A stretch of DNA of 63,906 nucleotides from Selaginella moellendorffii (lineage: Eukaryota > Plantae > Lycopodiophyta), in assembly GCF_000143415.4 (NCBI RefSeq), contig NW_003314274.1, positions 2,524,623 to 2,588,528 on the forward strand, read 5' to 3'. Both the position numbers and the translations under genes were made by a program. Each line of letters opens with the position of its first letter. Positions within the stretch are counted from its first letter, which is position 1. Below, piece by piece: positions 1-12,548 of this stretch. The notes below the pieces were generated by a model, which was given only the letters and a program-made list of their open reading frames with translations, was not told the DNA's origin and did not search any database.

Positions 1-321
1 ACCTAGCGTGGCTCAATGGAACCTCGCTCTAAGCCCATGGCTAAAGCACCAAAAGGCGGAAGGTGGGGAGAGTACTTATGAGGCTTGCGTAAGGCCACAG
101 TGTTCTGAAATGTTGTCCCAAAGTCCCAGACTATGGAAAGGAAGAGGAGTGGTCCTCTGGTGTAGTGACCAATGATATGGTCATATGGTGAGGAAGTCCC
201 AGAGGACAGTGGGATTTAGTGGTCGGGCATATGGGCCCTGTTCCAGTGGCAGTGGTGGCGAACATGGCTATGGGTAGAAAAAGGATTTGGTGGGGACTGT
301 AAAAGGGATATTGGGGAAGGC
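1..321 (+). mobile_element. Fragment of a family A LTR, cut by the window edge and interrupted at 322
   Basis: Bases 78-321 align almost base for base with 14208-14451, which lies in an LTR followed by a PBS. Confidence 0.8.
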
Positions 322-1034
322 TATGTAGCACACGTGGTTTTGACCATTTATCCTATGGTGATTTACCATAGGATAACACCACGAAGCAGAATCTAAACCC
401 TCTTTGTGCCACGTGACAGATGTCATGTGTCACATGCCACGTGTCCAAAGGAACGTGGTGTGGAACCCGAGTTTCAGGGCCTTGAGCCACTAAACGAAGG
501 AACGGTGCCAAACTCCCAAACATGGAGCCAAGGAGTGATAGAACCAGACTATGGAGCAACTCCCGAGCAAACAGCCCAAGGAGTGACTTGGAATAGTCCT
601 AGAGCAACCAGCATCCTAATGCCAGGACTAGCATGCAAAATGGAGCCAAACGGGGTCTGGCACTATTTCAGCATACCGGTGGCCTAATGCAAGGACATGG
701 GTATTCCCCTAGCTAGCATGGAATGGAACTTGGGTTTAGACCCAAGTTGGACGCAGAACAAGGACAAGCCCCCAAGCGGGGGTTAGATTATGCCTCAGGT
801 TATTTGGCCATGCCCAATTTACCCACTATCCCTACTATACATTTGGAACCCCCCAAAGCCCCGCCCCCCCCCCCCCCCCTTGAGGGACACACGCTTTGGG
901 CTTTCACCCCAAGCCTCCCTTAGTACCAGGAGTTAGTCTCTGGGACAAGTCCGAAACTTACTAAATATGGAATGGCCTTGGATTGCGAATTTGGACACGG
1001 GACGAACACCATTGTGTTCAGGCCGATCTCTACA
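322..1034 (-). mobile_element. Probable 3' LTR of the degenerate Gypsy element; the right boundary is uncertain and could extend to about 1447
   Basis: It starts TGTAG at 322 where the family A LTR stops abruptly, and CTACA ends at 1034. It carries the CTACTATAC...ACGCTTTGGGCTTTCACCC box (830-910) seen in the other LTRs, in the same orientation as the adjacent pol. No clear PPT was found. Confidence 0.5.
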
Positions 1035-1449
1035 TTCTGTAGATATGCCAAATGAGCGAATCTAGACACTTCCTATAAATAGCATATGGGACTGAAATGA
1101 GACCAACACTAAGGACATGATAGCGAGGGTGTTTGGCAGACACGGTAAGCTATCATCAATCGAATATTGAGGGACTAGTCTCAATATCACGGGGGTTCCC
1201 AACACTAGCAAGTGCAAGTCAGCGAATGAGTTTCTCTAACCAGGTCAAGTATGCTTGACAAATAGCATGTAGGAATTCCGTCCTTATGCTCATCTGGTCA
1301 AGTGCACATGCGATGACCAGTTTCTCAACTAGCTTGAGTGGAGACTGTAAAAGGGACCAGCAATACCGACCTCCTGCCGTCGTGGCAGTAAGGAAAGAGT
1401 GCCTGTAAGGACTGGCCAACAAGTATCTTTCGATACCCGAAGTCACATT

Positions 1450-3743
1450 CGCGACAACTTGATAGGATACATCCCGACAATCCTGATCCTTATCAAGTCG
1501 ATATCTATCTTGAGCTTTGCCTATCGCCTTAGTAGCTTTAGATGAACCTTGGTGTAGCTGCTCCGCATAAGTCTCAACGGCTGGGACCAACATCTCGAAC
1601 ATCAGTTTCGGTACAATAATCTGTTGAGACACCCCATGAGCATTCCCTTGCAGCATATCCCATGGAGAACAACCAATAGTGCTGTGAAATGTGTTGTTAT
1701 AATAGATTTCTACTGTATCAAAATGCTCAATCCAGTCCCATTGGTCCGCTGTGACATAGTACCACAGGTAATCCTCAACTTTAGCATTCACATGTTTAGT
1801 CTGCCCATTAGTTTGAGGACGATAAGCCGTACTAAACTTCAATTTGGTACCAAACAGTTGGAACAGTTTGCCCCAAAACTTCCCCGTAAATCTCGAATCT
1901 CTATTCGAGATCATATCTTTAGGAAGACCACAAACCCCCACTATTTTATGGAAAAAGAGCTTTGCTGCTTGTTTCATATTTACTGTTCCCACAGTTGGAA
2001 TGAAATGTGCAATTTTTGACAATCGATCCACAACCACCATCAAAGTATCATAACCATTAGACTTCGGCAAGCAAGTGACAAAATCAAGTGTCACACTCTG
2101 AAATGGCCATACCGGTGCTGGAATGCACTACAACTTTCCAGCATGCTTCTTAGTTCTGCACTTACATTGCTAGCATATAGGGTAGGAATGGACATAGTCC
2201 GCTACATCACCTTCCATACCAGACCAAAAAAATCCCTTTTTCAATGAAGCTAGAGTCTTTTGCTTTCCACCATGTCCCATTGTCAGAACATCATGATGTT
2301 TCCACAGAAACAACTGCTGCAGATCTTTAGATAGAAGATACAATCTTTCTTGCTTATAGAATATAAACCCATCCCAAACTAAGAAGTAAAGCTTTGCATT
2401 GGTTCGACTAGCAACTTTCACCACTTCACTACCAGGGTTCTGCTTCAACAACTCCACATGGTGCAAGATTGCCTTCGCCAATAGATCATTTCCATACAAA
2501 GCCCGAACATCCTCCAACCAGTCTGAACTGATTGCTAATATTGCCTAGAACTGAGCCTAACGACTCAACGCATGCGGAACAATATTATCTTTACTAGGTT
2601 TACGATTTTAGTATCATATCTAGCAAGCTTCTCTTGCCAACAAGCCTACTTCGGCATAAGCTTAGGCTGCATAGCAAAGTAGCTTAATGTGTTACTATTT
2701 ATATAAACCTTGGTGTGTCCACCCAAATAGTGTCTCTAGTTTTCTAGAGTTGACTATAGCAAACATCTTTTTCTCATGCATTGGCCATCTTCTTTGAGTT
2801 TCATCCAATTTCTTGGAATAGAATGCAACAGAACAACCATGTCACCTTAGCGTAACACCAACCACTTTGTCACAATCTTGCTGTAACACAGCACCAATAG
2901 CATAACCAAATGCATCATAATGCACTTCCAAGGGTTTATCAAGATTTGGGATCCTGAGAACAGGAACCATAGTCAAGATCTCCTTCAACCATACAAAAGC
3001 ATGCTAACAATGGAATGCTACTCTTTGTTAACTCAGTCAACGGAAGAGCAATTCTTCCAAAATTGCGGATAAACTTGCGATAGTATCCCGCCAAACTGAG
3101 AAAGGAACGAACATTTTATACAGTGGTTGGAACTTCTTAGGACTTCACCACTTCCACCTTCTTTGGATCCACCTCAATTACGCCACCAGCAACTATATAT
3201 TCGAGAAAGTTTACAATGTCATGCAATTGTTCAAAAGCACATTTACTTTCCTTAGTATACAGTTTGTGTATGCACAACTTTTAAAACACTAGCTCCAAGT
3301 GTTTCAAATGATCCTCCAACGTTTCACTAAAGACTAGAACATCGTCGATATATAGGACAACAAATGTGTCCAAATAATCTCCAAATATTCTATCCATCAT
3401 AGTGCTGAACGTTGCCGGAGCATTGCATAACACAAACAGCATGACAAAGAACTCATAAGATCCATATTGAGTCATAAAGGTTGTCTTCTCCACATCCTGA
3501 TCTGCCACCCATATTTGATGATACCTGGACTGCAAATTAAGTCATATAAAATACTTAGCTTTTAAGAGCTGGTAAGTCATCAATGTGAGGCAAAGGATAA
3601 CTATTCTTGACCATGATCTTGTTGAGTGCCCAATAGTCAATACACATCCTCTTGGTTCCATCGTTTTTCATAACAAAAAGAACCAGTGCTCCATAAGATG
3701 ATTTGCTTGGTTGGATATGACCTTTGTCAAGAAGCTCCCTGAG
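1450..3743 (-). pseudogene. pol: Ty3/Gypsy pol (RT, RNase H, integrase), degenerate, 3' part
   Basis: Motifs: [14 protein letters not shown] (about 3343-3354), integrase zinc finger GHGG, TLDFVTCLP...VVVDRLSKIAHFIP, STAYRPQTNGQT. Many stops and frameshifts; the integrase is truncated after RDVSYQV. Confidence 0.95.
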
Positions 3744-4008
3744 GGGGCTGGGTAGTTTTTGAGCTGAGCTCAAGTCAATGAAAGTCAACGAAAGTCAAAG
3801 GAAGTCAATACAATCCCCTAACTAGCGAAAGTTTAATGGCACTACCTTAGTTCGTCCCGAACCAAGAATTTTTAACATAAAATCTAGGTGTTTAAGGTAT
3901 TCCATAAGCTCATGTAGATTATTGGTTCGACATGAACTAATCTTTTAGTCTACAAAAAAAGAAAATAATATATTAAACAATATAATTTATATTAAAATCA
4001 GAATATAT

Positions 4009-7000
4009 TCAATCTTCTTCTGCTTCCATATCCAGAAAAGTAGAAATGGGTATAGTGGAATGCTCCTTCACTATAGGCTCGTGTTGTATGTAATGTTGTG
4101 CCATACGTTCAGCATAAATAGGTAAGTGGAATTGACTTCGGTCCATATGATCATCCATATCATCAAGATCAAGTGTGTGGACTGAAACACTGTGTGTGAT
4201 AAGTGTAGACCTAATAAATGTTTCTATTAAAATAGAAACATTTGAGAATAAATATTATAGATTATTTCAAGAACTAACATCACCTGTCGCAAAATCTCAT
4301 AAGAATGTCCTCAAAGGCACCCTCCTTCTCAAGTGCAAAAACTGCTCGGCCTGTCTCTTTTGCTGCCTGCACCATTGATCCAAATCCTGCTGTAGCATCA
4401 AGCACAATCCCCCTTGGCAGAAAGAATAACTCCAACAAGATTTGCATGGCCGTGACTGAACGATGTTAATAACCAGGGAACGCTGGGTGAAGAACGTCCG
4501 AGTCAATCACATTTGGGATGATGTCTGTAGAGCTGTCATATCTTGGTAAAGCAAGAGCAGCACGCTCGTCAACTTGTGTGGCATTACGCCGGTTCCCAAT
4601 GTGGCATAGAGCATGGTAGTTCCAGGAATAAATCTGGAAAAAAAAATAGAATAGAGTTAATTTATAAATAAAGAAGTCACACACCTTTCGCGTCTGCCTG
4701 CTAGTGCCTTTTGTGTCCACCGCCATACTTGAAAGAAGGCAGCCAGATGAAAACTCAACAAATCCATCATCGTTGTCAGCCAAGTGTGCGAGAAGGCCTT
4801 CCCACATTAGAGAGCGAGGAAGGATCATGACAACCACACCCTCGTATATCATGAAGCTGCTCGCAACCTTTAAGGCTTGGGAAATGTATTGGGCCTGCAA
4901 CACATTCCATGATGGAGTATCCCCCTGCGGTGGTCGCATCCCATCGGGAAGATCGAAAAAGATGAAATCGATCTTCCCATAAGGTGTGAGCTGACCCAAA
5001 CCATGGATCCACCGATCAAGCATGTAGAGCTCCTGACTAGTAGCATCTAAAAGCTGTGTGTAATCCCCAATGAGAACAGCAACTTCCCCAACACTGGCCG
5101 TTGGGGATAGAGGGCGAACCTAAAAATCAACTATTAGAACTTGAAGATAAAATTCATGCTTACTAACCTGTTTATGCATCGCTACAGAGGAGAGCTCTTC
5201 TAGGTCGTCATTTGTAGCCGTAGGGAGGGATGGGAAGAATGTCTTAGTCCGCCGAAAAGACTGATGGCTGCTCTTTGCAACATCTATAAAAAAAAAAGTG
5301 AAGTCAAGAATGAATAAAAGAATGTTCCAAATCAAAGTCCTTACTCTCATGAAAGGCTTCATGACGGCCCCTTCGGGGGTTGCGAGGAGCAGGTGCTGGA
5401 ATCTCTTGTGCTGGAATTTCCTATACAGTTTCCTCTGGTTCAACGGTATTTGAATTTGGCATCTCCTGAATGGTTTCCTGAGTGCTGACTCCTAGGTTTA
5501 GTTGTTGAAATTCAACAACGTCGTTATCACAGTCAGAAAGAGCCTCTGGAAAATAAGAATATAACTCAAGGTTAATATTTCCTAGCTAAGTGCTGAGTTT
5601 CAAGTGAACCTGGATGACATTCAAGGTAGAGATCTAGCTCAAAGTCCGATGTTGGCATCTGCTCCACGAGTTCAAGGTACCACGGGCATAGCTCCCTCTC
5701 ATGTATACAAGGACAGTAGAACTTTGGCTCATACATCCCAAGCTTCTTGCCTCTAGTCAGGAGCTTCTGCAAAACACTAGTTGTGTATACCAGTGCGCCG
5801 GGGCAATATTTTAAATATCTACAAAGTAAAACAAAAATATAAATACCAATATATAAATGAGAATTGAAAAAATACCTGTAAACCATGCGCCTCGCAAGAA
5901 ATGGTTGTCCTGGTTGGTTCTTGAACTCAGCCGAACTCGTCCCACCACGTGGAAGCCAACCATTCCCTAGCTCCGCAAGACAAGCACGAATATATTCTTC
6001 GAGAGTGATACCTGTGCGGGTGCTGGAAAGAAACTTCTCATCCCAAACTTGTAGCATCTCCTCACCAGCGGCAATACTCTGAGAAATGTACGCCTTCTCC
6101 TTCATCACCTTCTCCATCCTTATCTCACAGCGTTTTTCGTTGTTTCGCAGCCAAGTGTTGAGAAGTTCCAAGCAAACACTTTGTTCAGCAAAGGACATTT
6201 TACTCTTCGAGATGTTGTAAATGAGTTCCTCCAGTGCTTTACCAGTTCCTACACACACAAGGAGTTATGAAATGTTTCACAAATTTTATAAGAACTTACG
6301 AATGCGAGAACAAATCTCGACAATGCTATCAAGCCATGCCTACCCGCGTCGTATGTCTGCAATCGAGAGCAACTTTTTCACCTTTGTTCTCTTCGTATTC
6401 AAAATTCGCTGATCAATCGCATGCCACTCCATCTCCTTTTGTTGCTCGTCTCCTTGGGCATTTTTAAAGAATGACGCTCTTTCTCCTTTGATTATGGGCT
6501 GCAAGAAACATTATGTAAGTCGATACATACTTCAATACTAATTTACCTTTGCCCAGACAACAACTAGAAAGTCAAGTGGCAGTTGGTACCAAGTCTGCAA
6601 TTCTTGGCCTTTCCTAGCTGCTAGCTTCACTCGAATTGCTTCAAATACCTCACGATTGTACAACGTTTGGACCTCCTCTAGCGAGAGCATGCCAATAAAT
6701 TGAAGGTGCTTAATGTCATGTACCAATGTATGAGCTTGAAACGCAAATTTGTTTAGCCTGCAAAAACATGATATTAGCTAAGTTTACAAAAAATAAATTC
6801 TTACATGTTGATCTTATGGCATGCCATGTTGAGCTTCACAGTGTGCTCCCGAGTCATTGGTTCGACAAGTGTGACTGAAACACTAATGTGTCGTTCTTTG
6901 TCATCTCGGAACTTCTCTTGAATGCACTTCCAAAATGCCAGCCACCTATGGTTTCCATCGATCACCCAAAAGAGCTTTCCAATGAACCCTGTTGTCTCCA

Positions 7001-7819
7001 CATGTTGTCCTAAGAATCCATCAAACTCACGAGACTTTCGCAGCCATATAGGATCCCATTTTTCCTCAAGTTCAGTAGTCACTGACTCTGTCCGGCTGGT
7101 TCCAGGGAAAGTTGGTGAAACGATGAAGGTACCAGCTGTGCTCCCAAACCCGACCTCGGCAAAGGAGCTGTAGATAGCCATGTTGAGGTCGTAAGCTGAG
7201 CGCACCCAAGCACCCAATGGCTTTGAACCAATCGGCACAAAGGAACTAGAAATCGATGAGGGCCATTCCACGCCATTTCTTGTAACACTTTACTGACTGT
7301 CCGTTCTTGAGCTTGGATAATTGTGTGCCGAACACGATCATTCAAGATGGTGTCAGAATCATGCATGCATAATCCCTCACCACCACTAGCTCCCCCTGCA
7401 CCACCAGCCTGAGGAGCAGTAGGAGTAGCTACCATGCCCCCAGTAGCCTCTGTAGTAGATCCACCTACAACACTACCAATAACGTCCTCAGCTGGTTCAT
7501 CGACCTGGCCACGAACAGCCTCAGCAACTGAAGGCACAACACCCCCACCACCGCCAACATCAGATACAAGTACCCCACCACCAGTACCCGCAGCCTCAGG
7601 AGCACCAGTACCAACAGCCTCAATAACACCAACATCGATTTGAGTGTTCATCTCAACATCCACGTCATTGTTATGCTCATCGTTGCCTCCAGCATGACTA
7701 GCCGAAACTTCATTGGATACTTGAGATGAATCTCCACTCAATCGGCCAAGCCCACAGCGATCAAGGCGGCTGCCTTTTCCTGGAGATCGAGACCATTGAG
7801 GCTGGCCTCGGCACTTCCT
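4009..7819 (-). pseudogene. Multi-exon transposon passenger gene: low-complexity N-terminus, ParB/Srx-like domain, C-terminal beta-class DNA N6A/N4C methyltransferase-like domain
   Basis: FWVIDGNHRWLAF at about 6930-6972. KIDFIFFDLPDG at about 4940-4975 (motif IV position). HPAFPGY*HRSVTAMQILLELFFLPRGIVLDATAGFGSMVQAAKETGRAVFALE at about 4329-4490 (motifs X, I, II). GT-AG introns include 6758-6804 and 6499-6546. Lesions: stops near 4466 and 6341 and an 8-bp duplication at 7202-7217. The first exon is uncertain and may lie near 8561-8630. Confidence 0.8.
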
Positions 7820-8030
7820 CTAAAATAAAAAGCAAAACTATTATAACATCTAACTTGTAATGTAAAGAAAACCTGTGGCATTTTAAGTTCAAGTCCCTTG
7901 TTGGAAGTTTTAAGCAATCAAGCTTGATTTATATCTGCTCTCACAAGAAAATTTTGTAAGTAAAAGATGTGAAAAATAGATTGTAAACTACAAGAAATGC
8001 AAAGGAAAAAAACATAAGTCACTGGGAGAG

Positions 8031-8543
8031 GTTGGTTCGCGTGAGAACTGACCTCACCCTACCTCTCGAGAAAAAGGAAAAACACAACAAGAATACTGGA
8101 GAGGTTGGTTCGCACAAGAACCGACATCTTCCACCCTCTACTTTTCACTTGAAATGCCCCATCAAGTCAATGAAATAAAAAAAAAAACCTTGAAGATGTC
8201 GGTTCGCACAAGAACCGACATTTCAATCTCTCTTTGTTTTCTAAAATATAGAAATCTCACCACTAGAAACATGAAAAAAATCAAGAAAGCTCGCTTCTAG
8301 AAAAAATGAAGGTGGGGAGACGTCGGTTCGCGTGCGAACCGATCTTTCCCACCCCTTCAACAAGGAAAAAAAAAAAAAACGAGGTAGAGATGGGCAAAAA
8401 GCTAAACAGAAAATGAAATAGAATGCTAGGAGATGTCGGTTCGCACAAGAACCGACATCTCTATCCCTCAAGAGAAAACAAAAGTTGAGAAAATAGAATG
8501 GAAGAAAGAAAGTGAGAAGACGTCGGTTCGCATGCGAACCGAC
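8031..8543. repeat. Array of six 22-bp palindromes GTYGGTTC-N6-GAACYGAY
   Basis: Copies start at 8031, 8104, 8198, 8322, 8435 and 8522. The last is a perfect palindrome, GTCGGTTCGCATGCGAACCGAC. Confidence 0.95.
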
Positions 8544-8659
8544 CTTCTCAAGGAAGCATACCTTGTTTGAGGAGCGTCTTGAAGCACATTGCTTGATTGA
8601 AGCCCATTTCGCTCGCCCTTCCCTACTCAAGCGCGCCTTTCTCTTGCCCTTTGCTGCTC

Positions 8660-8682
8660 AAACCCTAGGCGTAAAACCCTAA
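8660..8682. promoter_or_regulatory. Two telo-box motifs (AAACCCTA) in the divergent promoter region
   Basis: AAACCCTAG at 8660 and AAACCCTAA at 8674, between the 5' ends of the two transposon genes. Confidence 0.45.
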
Positions 8683-9182
8683 AAATCAACGGACGCGATC
8701 AACAGTCACGATCAATAGCCATGATTTTCATTCTCTTTGATGGTGATCAATGGACACAATCTTTCAATGTTTTAGATATTAAGATATGTATAACCGCGCA
8801 CGAACCAACCTTTCCGAGCTTGAGTCTCTCTCACTCGTCACAAAAGAATGAAACTCTCTTGAAGGGAAGAGAGCATGGAGATGAGAGGGAAAACAAACAA
8901 TCAATGCTACAACTTTTGTGATTGACTGGCGCTTCTCACTCATAACCACATTCATTTCAACAATATTATTCCTCTCACAATCAATTATACAATTAATATG
9001 GGTGGCTCTTTAAGATTCTCATATCTCTCTAGATTCTAAACGGTTGTATATTTTGTTAAAATAATTAACTTGTCCTTTGCAAGGACATAGCTAATTAACG
9101 CTCACAATACAGAAGAATATCTTTGTTCTTTCTTGTCAGTTTCTCCCCAAATTTTTTTCTAAGTGCTCGAGCAAGGAGAAGA

Positions 9183-12100
9183 TATGAGAGAATTCTATTT
9201 GAAATTCGATCAAGAGCCTCCAATTGTTTTCTCTAAGAGTGTTATAGGAGAGAGCTTCCTCTGCAGAAGATTCAAGCTGAAGCCAGGATCAGTTAGTTTG
9301 GAGAATGTATGTCATGATAAGGGTAATCAGATAGAAAAATCCATTCTTCTTGACAGTGGTGTGGGAGAGAATGGGTTTTAATGGGATCTTGATAGATGTA
9401 CAGGTCAAGAGATTCTAGTTACAGGATCTCCGAAGCGAGGAGAGGAGAGCGCATCAGTTTCATAGCCAACTGTGCAAGGAGTGAAGGATGAAGTTGTTAT
9501 TCTCTCCAGTGACGAAAATGAAGAAGATGAGCTTCCCGACATAGCTTCCCAGACAAGTAGGTGTGTTCCTTCTGGACCAGTTTTTGAAGTGGTGGATAAG
9601 GCATTTCGGCAATCTCGATCATTACGGTTGGAATTGAAGGAGTTCCAGTACATGAGAGGTGAGGAGCTTCCTTCTTCCTATAATGGGAATATATTCTTCG
9701 AGTTTCCACCAGCAAGTTCGTCAAGTAGGAAAAGGGGTATGGAGACGCGTCTTGATCCACATAATAGGTGTAGAGTAAAGACGACCCACTTCTCTCATTT
9801 CGATGGATCTGTGTCTATAGTCCATTGTGGTGGACAGCTTCAGTGTGTCGCTGAGAAATGCATTTCTGATCATGGCAAGAATATGTGTTTCTTTGAAGGC
9901 TCAACGACCAATCCCCCTAGGCATGATGAAGCTGCTACAGGATTTAGATGTCGCAAATGTGGGGCAACACTTGTGTGTCAAGCATGTTGCGATGCGAAAA
10001 TGTATTATTTTCTTCCACGGGATGGATGTTTAGGCAGAGCAGCAGTGCATGTTAGATACCATCAACATGCAATCGAGGAAGGAATCTGCCGTGATTCTTT
10101 TCGCAATTTGAAGACTGCTGTTACTACAGAGGCTAGGAAGAAAAGTGCAGCAACTCCAAAGTGTGTTCAACAGTCTATACTAAAGGACTATATGGTGGAC
10201 ATGTTGCTACAATCTGATAGCAAAAAAGAGTTCATGGACAATAGCTTGAAGGACCTACTTCGAAATATAGAACCCATGACAAATTTAAACAGGTATAAAT
10301 TTAACACTTAACTCTACTTTATCACTAATAACACTCTTTTTTTTTGGTAGAATAAAGAACTGGATGCGAGAAGGGCGAGATGGAAAGCTTCAATCTGGAT
10401 TGGATGGGATTTTGGAGCTAAAGAGAAAATGTCCCTATGAGTTTATTCATGGGAGCTTATTCGTTGGCCAAGTGACTTCAAACAATCAACGCCCTTTCAT
10501 CTTTAAGATGTCTACCCTTGGTCCTGCTTCTGGTGTGGACCTTGTACAACGAATGGATATGGATGGAGATGGGGATTTGGCTAATTCCTGGATCCATTTT
10601 GACCATATGGAACGAGTTTCAGGCTGGTCAACGATAGGAGCTCATGTTTATGATCACAAGTAAGTGGCTTTTCATTTTTTAAGGATCCATACCGATTTAC
10701 ATTATAACCATTCTTTTTATAGGTTGCAGTGCAATTTGACTATAGCTATAGCCGAATTCAAGGTTCAAGATTTTCAAGCACAAACCGTCTTTTGGACATG
10801 TATGTCCGAGGTTGTTGAACAGCGAACTGGGAAGAAACCCAACTTCCGAGGTTTCATGGCAGATGCAGCTGGTGCTAACTGGTTGGCTGTACGATAAGTA
10901 TTCAGAGGTGATAAAAGTCAGCCATTACAAGGTAGAGAGAAGAGTTGTGAGTTTCATTGGGCAAAGAGCGTCAATGAACATTGCCGATGCATCAAGTCTA
11001 CCTTCCATCACGAGTTCAAGCAGCTTTGTCGGGAATGGATGGATGCACCAACTAAAGAGGAGCATGAGGCAAAGGCAAATGAAATGCATATATGGTGGCG
11101 TGAAAGAGACAAAGTGCCAATTGAAAACCTTCCACAAATGGAATGTTGGCTTGCATGGTGGGAAGTTCGAATGTTTCAGTGGGGTCATTATACTCTCCAT
11201 GTAAGCTTTCTCTCATTTTCTTTTTTGTCACATTCAAATGTTGCATTTTTTGTAGGATCAACTACTTGATGATATTGCACTTACACCAACAATTAATCTC
11301 TCTGAAAACAAACATTGGAGTTGGAGAGCTTCCGAAGTAGGGAAAGGAAAAGTGTCCCTCTATGAAGCTACACTCTCCGACCTCACTAGATCTCTTGAGC
11401 AGTCATCAAAAGCTTTGGCTGTACAAGAAGCAAGGTTTGCTGGTACAGGTCCAAACTTAGACAGGCTTCAAGAGCGGGTTGGTAGAAGGACAACACCAGC
11501 AGCAGGGTCAATGTCTAAGATGGTGGAGGAAGTTGTTGCTGGAACTCCTATGAAATCAAGTTATGAACCACTTGGGGACATGAGAACAACCCGTATGAAG
11601 CGTTAACAGACATTTGATGGGTCAAACATCACTCCTTCTAGCTCTCACCGTCCAGAGTTTGACTACCATTCTGTTCCACAACACCGGAAAAGAACTAAGG
11701 AACATGGGGTGGAGGAGGTGCCAGTTGTTACACAAGTAAGTCCAGTGCCAGAGGTTGAAAAGGTTATTTCTCGTGAGCCAGTTTCTCGTATCGACTGGGC
11801 AATTCGAAGAGTCAGTGCCAAGAGCAATGCACGTTGCTCTGGAATGATTGGGAGTCGAGGTCAGTGTCTCACTTTTGTGCGCTCAGGTTCAAGTTCTTCA
11901 GCAGTGCCATGTTTCTGGGGCTGCCGAGATCTAGGAGTGAAGGGCCGCCAGTCAAGCTGGATTTACTGTTGTGGAACTGATGTTACTCATACAAGCCGGA
12001 TCCATAGCTCAATTATTTTGAAGCCAGATTCTGTGCCAGAGGAGTGGCCAGTTGAGCGAAGCTGCAATCTTTTGAAAGAAGAGATTGAAAGTCTGGAGAG

Positions 12101-12548
12101 AGCAGGTTTCAAGCTAAAGACTTCCTCAAATGTTGTTGTTAGTACCGCTATGCCACCAATATCAACACTAGACCGGCATACATGACCAGCTAGGAATGGG
12201 AAGGCTGTACAATATAGGTCTTCCATTTCAAAAGGTGCACAAGAGAAGATCAAGCTGGCAAAAGAGCTAAAGTGCACAATCACAAAGACAAACTACATCA
12301 GTGCTATGGCTAAGGAGTTTATTATTGTGACTGAGTCATCAAAGGGTACGAGCTACACTGTTAAAATCTGTGAAAATCCATCATGTACCTATCCAGATTT
12401 TACACAGTGGGAGAATAGGGGAAAGGTATATTTAGCCTGCAAGCACATCTATTACATTTTTATGCAGGAACTAAACCAAGATCCTAAGATCGACCATCAC
12501 ATCCACCAGGCAAGCCTCACAGTTACGGAGCTTGAGAAGTGTTTTTAG
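9183..12548 (+). pseudogene. MULE-like DDE transposase with N-terminal GCM/WRKY-type zinc finger and C-terminal SWIM finger, multi-exon, with premature stops
   Basis: Cys/His cluster HCGGQLQC...CRKCGATL..C..C...HVRYHQH. Catalytic candidates are WIHFDH, FMADAA, CEFHW (10946-10960) and TINLSENKH. SWIM-like PSCTYPDF...ACKHIYY. Introns 10293-10350, 10660-10722 and 11201-11255. Stops at 10895, 11604 and 12183. The start is uncertain. Confidence 0.85.

Noticed and set aside
8031-8543. CRISPR-like look of palindromic repeats with spacers
   Set aside because: The context is eukaryotic, spacer lengths are irregular (about 50-100 bp), the repeats vary and no cas genes are present.
8660-8682. Interstitial telomere repeat
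   Set aside because: There are only two separated units, better read as telo-boxes or chance.
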